DNA of 64,000 nt from an uncultured Actinomycetes bacterium (GTDB lineage: Bacteria > Actinomycetota > Acidimicrobiia > IMCC26256 > PALSA-610): the NCBI GenBank assembly GCA_963729375.1, contig CAVSNP010000008.1:164392-228391 (forward strand), given 5' to 3'. The translations under genes and the position numbers were made by a program. Position 1 is the first letter of the stretch. Every line of letters begins with the position of its first letter. Positions 1-11,700 of the stretch are shown in pieces. The notes beneath the pieces are model-generated. The model did no database searches, was not told the origin of the DNA, and saw only the letters and a list, made by a program, of their open reading frames with translations.

Positions 1-624
1 ATGGTTCGGAAAGGTGCCGTCGAGCTCGCCGTACAGGACCGTGAGCGAGAACGGCAAGCCCTCGAACACCTTCGGGACGACCAGCCCACCCATGCCGTTG
101 GCGGTGTCGGCGACAACGTTGAGGGGACGCAACACGGCGGTATCGACGAACGAACGAACGTGGTCGCCGAATGCCTCCAACAGGTCGAGTCGCTCGACCT
201 TGCCGGCGACCTCACCGCGAGAGGTGACGCCGGCCGCGACCATCTCCTTGATTTGGGTGAGGCCGGTCTGCTCGCCGACGGGAGCGGCACCCGAACGGCA
301 CAGCTTGATCCCGTTGTATTGCGCGGGATTGTGACTGGCGGTGAACATCGCTCCGGGGGCGTCGAGCTTGCCGGCCGCGAAGTACACGACGTCGGTGGAG
401 CACAGCCCGATATCGGTCACGTCGGCGCCGGCCAGGGTGGCGCCCTCGATGAACGCGGCGGCGAGCGGCGCCGACGAGGCCCGCATGTCGTGACCGACGA
501 TCAGCTGCTGGGCGCCCGTGAAATGCGCGAACGCGTTTCCGATCCGCCGCGCGAGCGCTTCGTCGAGCTCTTCGGGATAGAGGCCCCGCACGTCGTAAGC
601 CTTGAAGATGGCGTCGAGCGACAC
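1..624 (-). CDS. manB: Phosphomannomutase/phosphoglucomutase, 5' part (runs off window edge)
   Basis: Manual minus-strand translation MSLDAIFKAYDVRGLYPEELD...GHDMR...FTASHNPAQYNGIK carries the catalytic TASHNP motif. Absent from the ORF track because it has no stop in the window. Confidence 0.9.
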   Translation of the reverse strand, partial: MSLDAIFKAYDVRGLYPEELDEALARRIGNAFAHFTGAQQLIVGHDMRASSAPLAAAFIEGATLAGADVTDIGLCSTDVVYFAAGKLDAPGAMFTASHNPAQYNGIKLCRSGAAPVGEQTGLTQIKEMVAAGVTSRGEVAGKVERLDLLEAFGDHVRSFVDTAVLRPLNVVADTANGMGGLVVPKVFEGLPFSLTVLYGELDGTFPNH

Positions 625-678
625 GGGACTCCTACCGAGGAACCGGGCCAACAGGGGGACGCGGCCACGATCGGGCGC

Positions 679-3611
679 TCATGGTAGCGGCGCTGGACGC
701 TCCCCCGGTAACGGATTCCCGCTGGCGACACCCAGGCCGTCGGGCGCCGCTGCGGAACCGGCCCGCACATCTGCGCTGCCCGGGGTCGGCACCAGCGCAG
801 TGTCGGGGGACCCGTCGTCACCGCCACTGTCGCTTCCTCCGTCGCCGTCGCCGTCCGGGTTCGGGTCGTCAGCGTCGCCCATCGCGCCGTACGGGGCGAA
901 ACCCTTCCAGGCGAACAGGCCGACCAGTCCGCCGAAACCGATCACGGTGCCGATCCGCCCGAGCCAGTCGACCGGCGTGAGGCCGTAGGTGAGCGTGACG
1001 TTGTGGCTTGTCGGCACGACGACCATGAAGTTGGGCAGCGGCGCGGTACACGCCTGACGCTCCGCTCACCTTCCAGTTCGGGAAGTACGACGTGCGTACG
1101 AGCACGGGTTTGCCGATCTGCGACACGTGGAACGAGATCGAGCTGACGTCCTCGTGGATCTGCGACACCTGGGTCGGCACGATCGGCGTTTCGGTTGTCT
1201 GGCCGAGTTGTTTGATGTCGATGTGCTTCCACGACTTCGGCCCCGACCCGACCCAGACCTTGTCGAGTTCGGATGCGTCCATCCACCAGGGTGCCGCCGC
1301 GCATTCCCACGCGTCGAGTTCCGGGATCTGCGTGGTGGTGTCGGTCCACGGCTGTCCCCAGCACTGCTGATAGTTCCCGGCGTGCACTGTTGCGACAACC
1401 GGTTGGACGGACAGGCCGGTGACCAACGGTGAGGCGTTGTCGGGCTCGTTGACGTGGTAGATCTTCCAGCCCTTCGGGGGCTGGCCGTCGAGGTCGGGAA
1501 CGGTGGCCACCAAGGTCAGGTCGGGCTGATCGGCTGCCATCGCTTCGGACTGCGGCGAGAACAGCATCAAGTAGGTGACACCGAGCATCTGCAGGTGCCT
1601 CACCCCGAGCGCGAAGTCGGTCGGATCGCTCGACGTGCCGTAGTCGAGCCCACGGACCGGATTCGACGGCGACTGGGCAAGTTCGCTGACGGTGAGGAAG
1701 TGATAGTCGGTCGTCGCCGACGACTCGAAGTACAAGCCTTCCATCGAGTCGATACGGCCGTTGGTGAAATACGGCAGGAGCTCCAACGCGAGCGTCGTGC
1801 CGTAGTTGCCGATCGCGTCGCCTCCCTCCCACAGCGCACGGCCGGGCGGAAGCTTGTCCATCGTCTCGATGAGCGACCGGAACTCTGGCCACGCCGGCAT
1901 GCTCTGGTAGCCGCCGTAGTTGTACTGCGCCCAACCCACGATCCGGATGTCGGGATTGCCGTTGCGCGCACTCCACGCGAGCCGCATTCCGAAGATGCAG
2001 CCGGCTCCGACCAGCACCGCGAGCGCGCTCATCAAGATCACCCGCGCCCGTCGACGAAGCCGTTCGGGATCGAGATAGCGGGGCGGTTCCCAATCGGGCG
2101 GCCCTTCGTCGAAACGGCGTTCGGCCAGCGCCGCGACCGCGCGACGGCGTACCTCGGGATCGATTTCGGCACGTTCGTCGAGCGCGATCTCGGCCCACGC
2201 CTTCGCGCGAACGTCTTGCAGATCGCCGTCGCTGATCCACGAGAACGCCCAGGTGACCGCCTGCCGCGGCGAAACGGACAAGCTCGGCTGCGCCCATCGC
2301 CGCGATGAGAGCCCACATGAGCAACCAGAACGGCAAGAACCGTGTGTTCCACACCGCGTGCTCGGGCCACTCCACGAAGAACACACCGAACGCCAGTGCG
2401 ATCAACAGCATCACGAGCGTCGACCGGCGCCGGTACCAACCGGCGGCGACGATCGCGGCGCCGGCAAGGATCCACATCCACCACGGCAGCCACAGCGTCG
2501 GCGGGATCACCTTGCCGTTCACGTCTCGGTTGAGGGCGACACCACGGACGATGCCGGCGATCGCGTTCTTCACCGGGTTGGGTAAGAAGATCCAGTACGG
2601 CACCTTGAATGAGCTACCGGTCGAGAACACCTTGGCGTAGCGCATGCTCTGCGTATATGCCTGTTGACCGATGAGCGGAAGCGACCACACCGCGGTGAGC
2701 GCCAGACCGACGACGCCGACCGCCACTGCGATCGGCCACGTGCGTCGGGGCGAGCGCACCAGCCAGACCAACACGGCCGCGACACCGACGAAAATCGCGA
2801 CGACGATGTGCGACATGACCGCAGCCGCGATGAGCACCGCGGGGAGCCATGGTCGTTTGCCGGTATCGAGCGTGTAGGCGAGCGCTCCGAGGGCGAACAG
2901 CGCGAGCGCCAACGCGATCTCGAACGAGTACTCACCGGCAAGCGTGCTCGCGATGTTGCCGCCGTAGATGTTCCAGTCGGTCCGTTCCTGCACCAGTGTG
3001 CCGAGCGCAGCAATCGCGAAGAAGTGCGGTGCCGGCCACGGCATGCGCATGCCGCGTGCGAAGGCGTAGGCGGCGGCCGGAAGCATGATCGGGCCGCTGA
3101 CGGTCACGATCTTGAACGCGATGTCGTAGGGCATCGCGATGTTGAAGACCGCGACCATCACCGTCGGGAACGGGAAGTAGTACTGCCCGACCGGGAAGCC
3201 GGCATACCAATCGGGCGCCCAGCCCGACAGTCGGAACTTCGAGAACCAGTGATGTTCGAGGAACCAGGGCATCCAAACGTGGGCGCCCATGTCGCCACCG
3301 TTGGTTGTCGTGTTCTTGAAGATCCACCCGAAATGGATGTCCCAGATCGGCCAGAGCTGGGTGTGCGGGTCGATGATCGCGATCACCATGAAGGTGCAGA
3401 TCGTGACGACGACCCAACCGGTCGTGCGTTCCCAGCGGGCACCTCGCTCGCCGCTCTCGTCGACCGAGTCGTCGTCGTCGGCCAGCCACGGGGTCGCGCG
3501 GTCGAACGCCGAACGCAGGAACGACCGGAACCGACCGTCGCCGCCGACCGACGCGAACTCGTCGGACGTCACGCCCTCGTCGATCAGGGTGTCGGTCACG
3601 ATCCCCAGCAT
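679..3611 (-). CDS. Large polytopic membrane protein, GT-C-like (PTPS-related/YfhO-like), 2 frameshifts
   Basis: Joined from frames 942..3611, 869..2386 and 679..1026. GGDMGAH...SGWAPDWYAGFP..QYYFP loop, many TM helices, and a C-terminal soluble part with LVRTSYFPNWKV (YfhO-like). Confidence 0.7.
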
Positions 3612-3670
3612 GCCAGGCCTGGGGTCGCGACTTGCTGCACTCCGGCCATGTCGGACCGGCGGCCGTCAGC

Positions 3671-3844
3671 TCAGTTGGGGACGCGTGCCAACTCGAGGAC
3701 CTCACTGAGCGTCATGACGCCAGTGTCGTCCTGCCAACTGTTGGCTTCGCATCGCGCACAGCGGTGGAATACGACCTCGCGCCCTGCGATCCGCATACGG
3801 ATCGTGATCAGCGCGCCTTTTGCACATCGTGTGCACACGAACAT
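3671..3844 (-). CDS. Small zinc-ribbon protein (57 aa, CxxC...CxxC)
   Basis: MFVCTRCAKG...FHRCARCEANSW; GGGAGG RBS 7 nt upstream of the ATG. Confidence 0.75.
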   Translation of the reverse strand: MFVCTRCAKGALITIRMRIAGREVVFHRCARCEANSWQDDTGVMTLSEVLELARVPN

Positions 3845-3875
3845 GTGATGGCCTCCCTGCCTTGTAACCTGCGGT

Positions 3876-3902
3876 TTGTCGGCATCCAGCGTGAAGAACT
3901 GA
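3876..3902 (-). promoter_or_regulatory. Putative sigma-28 (FliA/WhiG-type) promoter
   Basis: Minus strand TCAG-N15-GCCGACAA versus consensus TAAA-N15/16-GCCGATAA, about 30 nt upstream of the zinc-ribbon ATG. Confidence 0.4.
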
Positions 3903-3945
3903 AGCGAACCGGACAATTTTTTGGCGAACCTGCCGGCCGGACCGC

Positions 3946-4677
3946 CTACTTGTGAAACGCGGAGACGGTCGTCAGCAGGTTGAAGCCGATGTGAAGCAGG
4001 ATCGACACCGACAGGTCGCCCCGGCGGAGCGCCGCGACCCCCGAGATCGCCCCCAGCGCGAACAGCGCCGGGACCACCGCGAACGTGCCCCAGGTCGGGT
4101 CGAGCATCGGGTGCGCGAGGGCGAACACGAGCGCCGAGATCGCGACGGCCACGCTGGGCGATACCCGCCGTCGCAGCGCGCGGAGTAACAAACCGCGGAA
4201 CAGGACCTCTTCGCACACCGGTGCGACCAGGCCGGCGACCAACGCGATGAGCACCAAATGCACGCCGCGGGCCTGGTCCAGGTCCTTGACGACGTCCTGG
4301 TTCTGATGGACGAGGTTGGTGATCGGAAAGATCAACACGCTCAGCGCGATCTCGAGCACGACACCGACGGCGACGACCCAGAGTTCCCGGCGATGCACAA
4401 TGAGCCCGAAATCTGTGCGAAGCGACCCGAGTCCTTTCCGTCGGCTGACGAACACGAGGAGGGCGATCCAGCCACCGAACTGGCCGAGGAAGGACAAGCC
4501 GTCGGTGATCGTGCCCGGATGGGCAGGTTTGTCGCCGGTGAGGCCATACCCGAAGGTCGCAAGAACCAGCCCGGCGATGAGTCCGCCGAAGTACACCCAA
4601 CAGAAGTCGCCAAGGCCCCAGGTCACGACCGGTGGCCCGGCTGGGACGCGCCGGTCCGGCGACGAGGTGCGATCCAC
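3946..4677 (-). CDS. CPBP (CAAX/Abi) intramembrane metalloprotease
   Basis: EEVLFRG, FALAH and HIGFN motifs; hydrophobic protein. Confidence 0.9.
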   Translation of the reverse strand: MDRTSSPDRRVPAGPPVVTWGLGDFCWVYFGGLIAGLVLATFGYGLTGDKPAHPGTITDGLSFLGQFGGWIALLVFVSRRKGLGSLRTDFGLIVHRRELWVVAVGVVLEIALSVLIFPITNLVHQNQDVVKDLDQARGVHLVLIALVAGLVAPVCEEVLFRGLLLRALRRRVSPSVAVAISALVFALAHPMLDPTWGTFAVVPALFALGAISGVAALRRGDLSVSILLHIGFNLLTTVSAFHK

Positions 4678-4761
4678 TGCGCAAGGGTATCGACCGCCCG
4701 GAGCCGGTCAGGAGCCGGGGCCGCCGTAGCATGACGGACAGAACCCCGACTGGGAGCGCAG

Positions 4762-6762
4762 ATGAGTCCAGGCCCTGAAGACCAGTGGCGGCCGCCCGAT
4801 CCGCCGGGTCGACCGCCGCGCTCGGGTGGTCAGCGTCCCTCGGGACGGCCGCGCTGGATGCCGCTCGTGATCGTCGCGTTGGCGATCGTCGGCCTGTTGG
4901 CCTGGCAGGCCACGACCAGTTCGGGGACCCCGCGGGCCAGTCTCGACTATTCGCAGTTCCTGAAGCTCGCCGACGAGGGCCACATCGCGACCATCTCGTA
5001 CCAGGCGTCGAGTGGCCACATCACCGGCACGCTGAACAAAGGGGCGCCATCGATCGACGGCAAGACCGCGTTCTCGTCCCAGACCAAGCCTGACGGCATC
5101 CCCGATGCCGACCTCGCCGAGTTGAAAACCGACAAGGTCGCGGTCAATTACCAGCCGAAGCCGTCGAACTTGGTCGGCACGATCGTCAGCTTCGTGCTGG
5201 TGATCGGGCTGATCGGGGCGCTGTGGTGGTTCATCGCGCGTCGGGCGCAAGGCCAAATGGGCGCGGTCATGAACATCGGCCGTTCGCGCGCCAAGGTGTA
5301 CAGCACCGATAAGCCGAAAACGACGTTCGCGGATGTCGCGGGGTACGGCGCCGTGAAGGAGGAGATCACCGAAGTCGTCGACTTCTTGAAGGTGCCCGGC
5401 AAGTTTAAGGATATTGGCGCGCGCATCCCCAAAGGTGTCCTGCTCGTCGGACCTCCCGGCACCGGCAAGACGCTGATCGCACGTGCGGTCGCCGGTGAGG
5501 CCGGCGTACCCTTCATCTCGATCACCGGTTCTGACTTCATGGAGATGTTCGTCGGGGTCGGCGCGGCGCGCGTCCGTGACCTCTTCCAGACCGCACGCAA
5601 GCAGGCGCCTGCGATCATCTTCGTCGACGAGATCGACTCGATCGGTCGCAAGCGAGGCGCGGGCCTCGGCGGCGGTCACGACGAACGCGAGCAGACCCTC
5701 AACCAGATGCTCTCCGAGATGGACGGCTTCGAGGCGACCGAAGGCATCGTGATGCTCGCGGCAACCAACCGTCCCGACATTCTCGACTCGGCGTTGCTGC
5801 GGCCGGGTCGCTTCGACCGTCAGATCATGGTCCCGCTCCCGACCCAAGAGGAGCGGGTCGAGATCTTGAAGGTGCATTTCCGGGACAAGAAGATCTCACC
5901 GGATGTCCCCGTCGAGGTGATCGCACGCGGGACGCCAGGTATGAGCGGAGCCGACCTTTCGAACCTCGTGAACGAAGCGGCGCTGTTTGCCGTGCGACGC
6001 GGCGCGCAGGACGTCCACAAAGAAGACTTCGACGCGGCACGTGACCGTGTGCTGATGGGTCTGCGCCGCGAGTCGCTCGCGCTGTCTGAAGAGGAGAAGG
6101 AGATCGTCGCCTACCACGAGGGCGGCCACGCGGTGTGCGCGTACGTGCTCGAGTTTGCCGACCCGCTCCACAAAGTGACGATCCTCCCGACGGGCATGGC
6201 GCTCGGCGTGACCCAGCAGCTGCCGCTCGAGGAACGTCATATCTACAAGCGCGAATATATTGTCGACTCGCTGGTGGTACGCCTGGGCGGGCGAGTCTCC
6301 GAGGAGATCGTGTTCGGCCACCAGTCGACCGGCGCCGAAAACGACCTCGTCGGTTGCACCGAACTCGCGCGCAAGATGGTGCGCGAGTGGGGCATGTCGA
6401 GCCGCGTCGGGCCGATGGCGTGGGGTTCGCAGGGCGCGGTGTTCCTCGGCGAGGATCTCATGCACTCGCGCGACTACTCCGACGAGACAGCACGAGTGAT
6501 CGACGAAGAGGTTGAGCACATCCTGCGCGACGAGGAGGATCGGTGCCGGAAAGTGCTCGAGGAGTATCGCCCCGGGCTCGACTCGGTCGCGAAGGCGCTG
6601 CTCGAACGTGAAACGTTGGCGGGCGACGAGGTCGCCAGGTTGGTCGACACGGCCATGGGACGCAAGGTCGGCGGCCCGCGGATGATCCTGCACGCCGACG
6701 GCACCGAAGAGCCGGCCGCCGAGTCCCTCGACGACCCGCTGCTCACCCCGCCGGATCTCTGA
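4762..6762 (+). CDS. ftsH: ATP-dependent zinc metalloprotease FtsH
   Basis: Two TM helices, Walker A GPPGTGKT, Walker [37 protein letters not shown] zinc motif. Confidence 0.97.
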   Translation: MSPGPEDQWRPPDPPGRPPRSGGQRPSGRPRWMPLVIVALAIVGLLAWQATTSSGTPRASLDYSQFLKLADEGHIATISYQASSGHITGTLNKGAPSIDGKTAFSSQTKPDGIPDADLAELKTDKVAVNYQPKPSNLVGTIVSFVLVIGLIGALWWFIARRAQGQMGAVMNIGRSRAKVYSTDKPKTTFADVAGYGAVKEEITEVVDFLKVPGKFKDIGARIPKGVLLVGPPGTGKTLIARAVAGEAGVPFISITGSDFMEMFVGVGAARVRDLFQTARKQAPAIIFVDEIDSIGRKRGAGLGGGHDEREQTLNQMLSEMDGFEATEGIVMLAATNRPDILDSALLRPGRFDRQIMVPLPTQEERVEILKVHFRDKKISPDVPVEVIARGTPGMSGADLSNLVNEAALFAVRRGAQDVHKEDFDAARDRVLMGLRRESLALSEEEKEIVAYHEGGHAVCAYVLEFADPLHKVTILPTGMALGVTQQLPLEERHIYKREYIVDSLVVRLGGRVSEEIVFGHQSTGAENDLVGCTELARKMVREWGMSSRVGPMAWGSQGAVFLGEDLMHSRDYSDETARVIDEEVEHILRDEEDRCRKVLEEYRPGLDSVAKALLERETLAGDEVARLVDTAMGRKVGGPRMILHADGTEEPAAESLDDPLLTPPDL

Positions 6763-7169
6763 GTTCGGCGAGCGCGCTCCACAGCTCGGACGCGGCGAAC
6801 GCGCCGACGAACGATCCGCGGGTCACGCCGGCGGCGTCGGCGAGCACCGTGATCGGTGCCGCGTCGATGTGGTAGCGGCGGTGCAGGTCGGGCTGCGCGC
6901 GGTACTCGATCTCCGCGACGCTCACGTCGTCCGATTCGAGCGGCTTCGCCTTGGCGTACAGACCTGCGCACGAATCGCAGTGCTGCGAGGTGAACAGGGC
7001 GACGAGCCACCGCGCGTCCGGTTCTCGGGAAGTCGTGCCGGTCGAGTTGGGAAGGCACCGTCGCTCGGCCCTGGGTCGGAGGCGCGACGACGCGACGGCG
7101 CTCGAGCCACCACGCGACTGTGCCCGCGATCGCGAGGATCGCCACTGCGATAACCACCCGAACGGCCAC
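6743..7169 (-). CDS. Membrane-anchored thioredoxin-fold protein (CDSC), 1 frameshift
   Basis: N-terminal TM helix in frame 6474..7169 continues in frame 6743..7231 with LFTSQHCDSC and YHIDAAPITV (cis-Pro-like motif). Confidence 0.65.
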
Positions 7170-7193
7170 TGCAGGGAAGCTACTGCGAGTTTC

Positions 7194-8707
7194 CTAACGC
7201 GAAGGAATGCCGGGCGTTCGGGTGGCGTCACGCTGCGCGTAGATCGTCGACTCGACGAAGATCGGCGCGTCCGCCGAGATCACAACCGCGGCGTCCCGAC
7301 GGTAGCTTGCGCCCGCAATGTCGGCCGGAAGTAGATCGCTCGAGTTGGGGGCGATCATGAAATCCTGCAGCGTGTCGGGGCGGTCGACGATGCCGGCATG
7401 TACGACCTGCACCGAGATGTGCGCGGCGACGATACCGTTGTTCATCACTGAAATCGACGTCGATCGTTCGTCGACGACACGGGTCCGTGCGATCACCCAC
7501 GTCCGAGCTGGAACGGTCGAGCCCATCGACGTCGTCGCGCCCAGCGCGACCTTCCGGCCGCCGTAGCGGCTCAGTGTCTGCGCGACGATTGGCGTGTTGT
7601 CGTCGGCTTGGACTTCCAACCCGAATCCGCGGTTTGGCGGTACGGCAAGGCAGTCGCTCTGCAGGCGCGCAGCCGCCGATCTGTACCCAACTCACGCCTT
7701 CGGTGGGCACGCTGAGCACGACGGGCTGCACGAGGGTTTTCGAAGCGACGATTGCCTGCACGTCGACCTGCGTGCCGAGTTGGCTCAGGTCGCTGATCGC
7801 GATCCATTGCGAAGCACCCGCGACGGTTTCGCCGTCGGTGAACCACCATTGGCTTGCCGGAGCCAGCGCGCCGATCGAGGTCGCCAATCCGGTCGGGCCC
7901 GACGCGCTGCGAAACTGCAACGTCTGCGATGCGACGACCTGTCCGACGTCGGCGTGTACCTGCACGGCAACGCGCGCTCTGGCGGACGGCCTGATCCTGC
8001 AGGGCAACGACGACCCGCGACCGGCCGGGCACGTCGATGCCTTGCAAGGCCGGGAGTTGCTGCAGTCCCGTGTCGGTCCGAAGTGTCACGTCGACGCGGG
8101 CGTCGGTCGAGTACGGATCGTCGAGCACGAGCCACTGCGCCACGCCGCGCACGGTGGTTCCGGCCGCGAAGTACCAGTCGGTGCTGGCCGTATCTGCGCA
8201 CGGCACCGGATCGAGCTCGTCGTCGGTTTCCGCTCCGGCCTCGACGACGACGTCGGGCGAGAACGGCTCGACGACGATCGGGCCCGGGGGGAGCGGCTTC
8301 GAACCGGGCGACGCCTGGTCGCCGTTGGGTGCGAGCGACCCGTCAGCCAGGGACGCCCGGTCGAAGGTCCGTACCGTGTCGGGCGGGACCGTCACGTTTC
8401 GCACGATGGGGGCGGCACCGCCATCGGGTTGCACGGTGATGACCGCGTCGGCGCCGCTCGGGCCGAGATTCGACAGCGTGACGGTCTGATCGCCGGTCGG
8501 GAACGAGGCCGGCAACCCGGGGCAGTACCACGCGGTCGACAGCGCACCTGGGTTGGGACGTTCGGACGCGTCGATCGGTGCGATCGTCGGCGCCGCCGAG
8601 GACGTATGTGCACGTCCGCCCGCGAGGCCGACCGCGAGCGGGACGATCACGAGCGCGAGGATGAGCGCCCGACGCGGTGTGCGGGTGGGTGTGGCCGCGG
8701 CGGTCAT
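7194..8707 (-). CDS. Secreted DUF5719-like protein, frameshifted
   Basis: Signal/TM MTAAATPTRTPRRALILALVIV; repeated WYCPG / DWYFAAGTT / WWFTDGET beta-rich modules; ATGA overlap with the upstream GT2 gene. Confidence 0.7.
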
Positions 8708-11700
8708 GCCGGCATCGTCCGGGCGTGCCGGCTGCGCCGCCGGCGCGTCTGCCACCACAATGCGATCGCGGCCAGCCATGCGGCGACCTCGACGTCGACG
8801 AGGAACCCGGGCCGGGCGCCGGCGCGGTACTGGATCGCGACCGACGCGGTCGCGGGTAACGCAAACGCATTGGTCCAGTCGAAGGCGCTGCTGCGGGCCA
8901 AGTCGCGGCCGCCGGAGCGGGCATACCAACGGCTGCTGGACGCTTCGGCCCACAGCAATGTGCCGGGCCCGACCGGAGCCGAGTTGTCGACGGGCCCCGC
9001 GACCCCTTGCGGCTGGGTCGTCGCGTCGCGTCGCACTGCCGTCTCCAGTCCTGTTCCGGCGGTGGCGCTGACGGTCGTGTTCGCCGGGATGACCGCCCGA
9101 CGTGGAATCCATGCGTCGTTGGAATAGATGATCGCCCCGTCGTCGATACGCGACACCGACAGGTCGAGCTGTCGGGTCAACGCGTCGACGAGCGTGGGGT
9201 CGGCGACAACGACCGCACCATGACCAGGTCCGGCACGGCTCACCACCGCGACGTACCGCACCCCGATCGGCGCGAGCAGATGCCCGAGCCGGGCGGTCTG
9301 GCCGTCGCGGGCGGCGACGAGCGCGGCCGCGAGTTGGTCGTCGGCGGCGTCTTGGGGTGCGGCCCACTGCGCACGTGCGTCTCCGGCGCCGTCGCGGGTC
9401 AGCCCGAACCCGATGCCGTCGACCGACTTGGCGTCGACCGGCAACAGCGACGGGTCCCCGAGCCAGAGCACGCGGAAGCCGCCGACGTTGGGCAGGTCGG
9501 TCATCCACGACACGGCGGTTGGCCAGTCCGAGCTCGGCAGTTGCCATCGACCCGACGCGGTGTCGCCCGCGAATGCGAGCAACGGAAGCGCGAGCCCGAC
9601 CGCGGCCGCGACCGCCGAAACCTGCCGCCATCCGAAATGGGAGCGGCGCATGTCGTCGAGGAGGGCGCTCACACCGAGGCCGGCCGCCAATGCGAGGCCG
9701 AGCGCCGCGGGGACCAGCACCCCTTCGGGTGCCGCGACGGGCGCGCCGGGCGAGAGGCGCGTCGGCAGCCACGCCAACGCGAACGACACGAGGGTCAAGA
9801 TCCACGCGCGTGTCGCCCATACCAGACGCGGTCCGCTCGCGATCAGCAGCGGCACCGCGGCCGCGACGATCAGCCCGAGGGTGAACCATCCGGAACGAGC
9901 CGGGCCGACGTCGAATCGGAGGAGATCGCCGAGCGAGACGGGCGTCCGGGCCCGCAGCCCCAACGTCGAAGCGTCCGCGCCGATCAACGACCCCGCCCAC
10001 GGGGCGAGGAGCCCCACACTGATGACGGCGCCCGCGACCGCGTATGCGGCCGTGCGCAGCATCGCCCGCCCGCCCCCCGTGAGCGGCACCGACACCACGA
10101 ACACGAGCGCGAACATCACCGCCAACAAGATCGCCGGCGGCCACACCGAGCCGGCGACCGCGCCCAACAGGCCGACCACCAACACGGCGTGCGCCGGGCG
10201 GTGCCAGGTCGCGCGTGTTGTCGCCGGGGCAGGTTCGGCTGGGCCGTCGGACGTCCGGTTCGAAGCTGCTCGCACGAGCGCGTGCAATACGAACGGGGCC
10301 AGCGCGTAGCAAACAAGCGGTCCGAGATCGCCGCGTGCGATGGCGTCACGTCCGACCGGGTTTGCCGCGTACGCAGATGCGCCGACGACCGCCGCAAAGA
10401 GCGAAACGGTCAGCGTTCGTACCAGCCGGTAGGCACCCCAGGTGCCGAGCGGCATCGCGGCGACGACGACGACTGTGCGCGCGAGTGCGCCGTGCCCGAC
10501 CAACACGCTCGACAGCGCGGCCATCAACGCGAACGCCGGAGTTGCCGGAACGGCGGCGCCGACCATCGTGTAACGCCAGGGCGACGTGAACGTCGACCAC
10601 AGCGATCCGACGCCAGGCCAAGGCTGGAAGGCGCCAACGTCCGGAACGCGTTGGAGGACCAAGGTGCGCGATCCGAAGGCGAGAAGGACGCCGACGAAGA
10701 TGGCGAGGATCGCGGGCGACCGTCGCAACTGTTGACGAGTCCTGGCCATCCGCGCCCGGGCCCGGTTCGAGGCGTCAGCCAGGCGGTCGCCGGCATGCAA
10801 TCGTTGCACCACCAACGTGCGAAACCGGGCGCTGCCTCTGATCATGAGGTCGCGGATGTCGCCGTCGTCGACGTTTCGCATCTGCTGGGTCGCCGACCGG
10901 GCCCGCCGAAGGTCGCGCAACCCGCCACGCCGGGGTATCCAGCCTGCGATCACCGCGACCGCGTGTCGTCCTCGGCGGGTGATCGCGAGCCCGAACGCCT
11001 CGCCGAGCGTCAGGACGAAGCCGCTCGGCAACACCCACAGCAGTGCGACGGCGGAGTACGACTTGGCCAAGACGCGCACACGGGCGCGCGTCGCGGCGCG
11101 GGCGTCGCCCGGCGCCTGGCGGCGTGTGAGCCGCTCCTCGTCGCCAACATCATGTTGATGGCGTACCCGGCTCGCCGGCGCGACGAGGACCCGCGCGCCC
11201 GCGAGCCGGGTACGCCAACACAGGTCGATGTCGTCGGAGCCGGGCGACGTTTCGGCGTCGAACCCGCCGAGCTCGCGGAACAGATCGGCACGAACGAGCA
11301 TCGACGCGTGCGAGACGAAGAACACGTCGCGCACGCCGTCGTGTTGTTCCTGGTCGATCTCGCCGGGCTCGATCACCGAGAACGGGACCGCGTAATGGTC
11401 GACTGCCATCCCGACCTCGAGCAGGACCTCGGGGTGGTCGTAGTCGACGAGTTTGGGTCCGACGATCGCCGCGTTCGATCGGTATGCCTCCTCAACCATC
11501 ACGCGCACGGCGTCCGGATCGAACGCGACGTCGTCGTGACAGAACAACAAAAAAGTGGTGCCTTCAACCGTGTGGAGCGCTTCGTTCGCCGCGGCCACGA
11601 ACCCGACCTTGGCCGGGAGCCGCCGCACGTACGCGGTCGGCAGCACGGCGGCGATCCGGGCGGTCAGGTCGGTGTCGGCCGCGTTGTCGAGGACCAGCAC

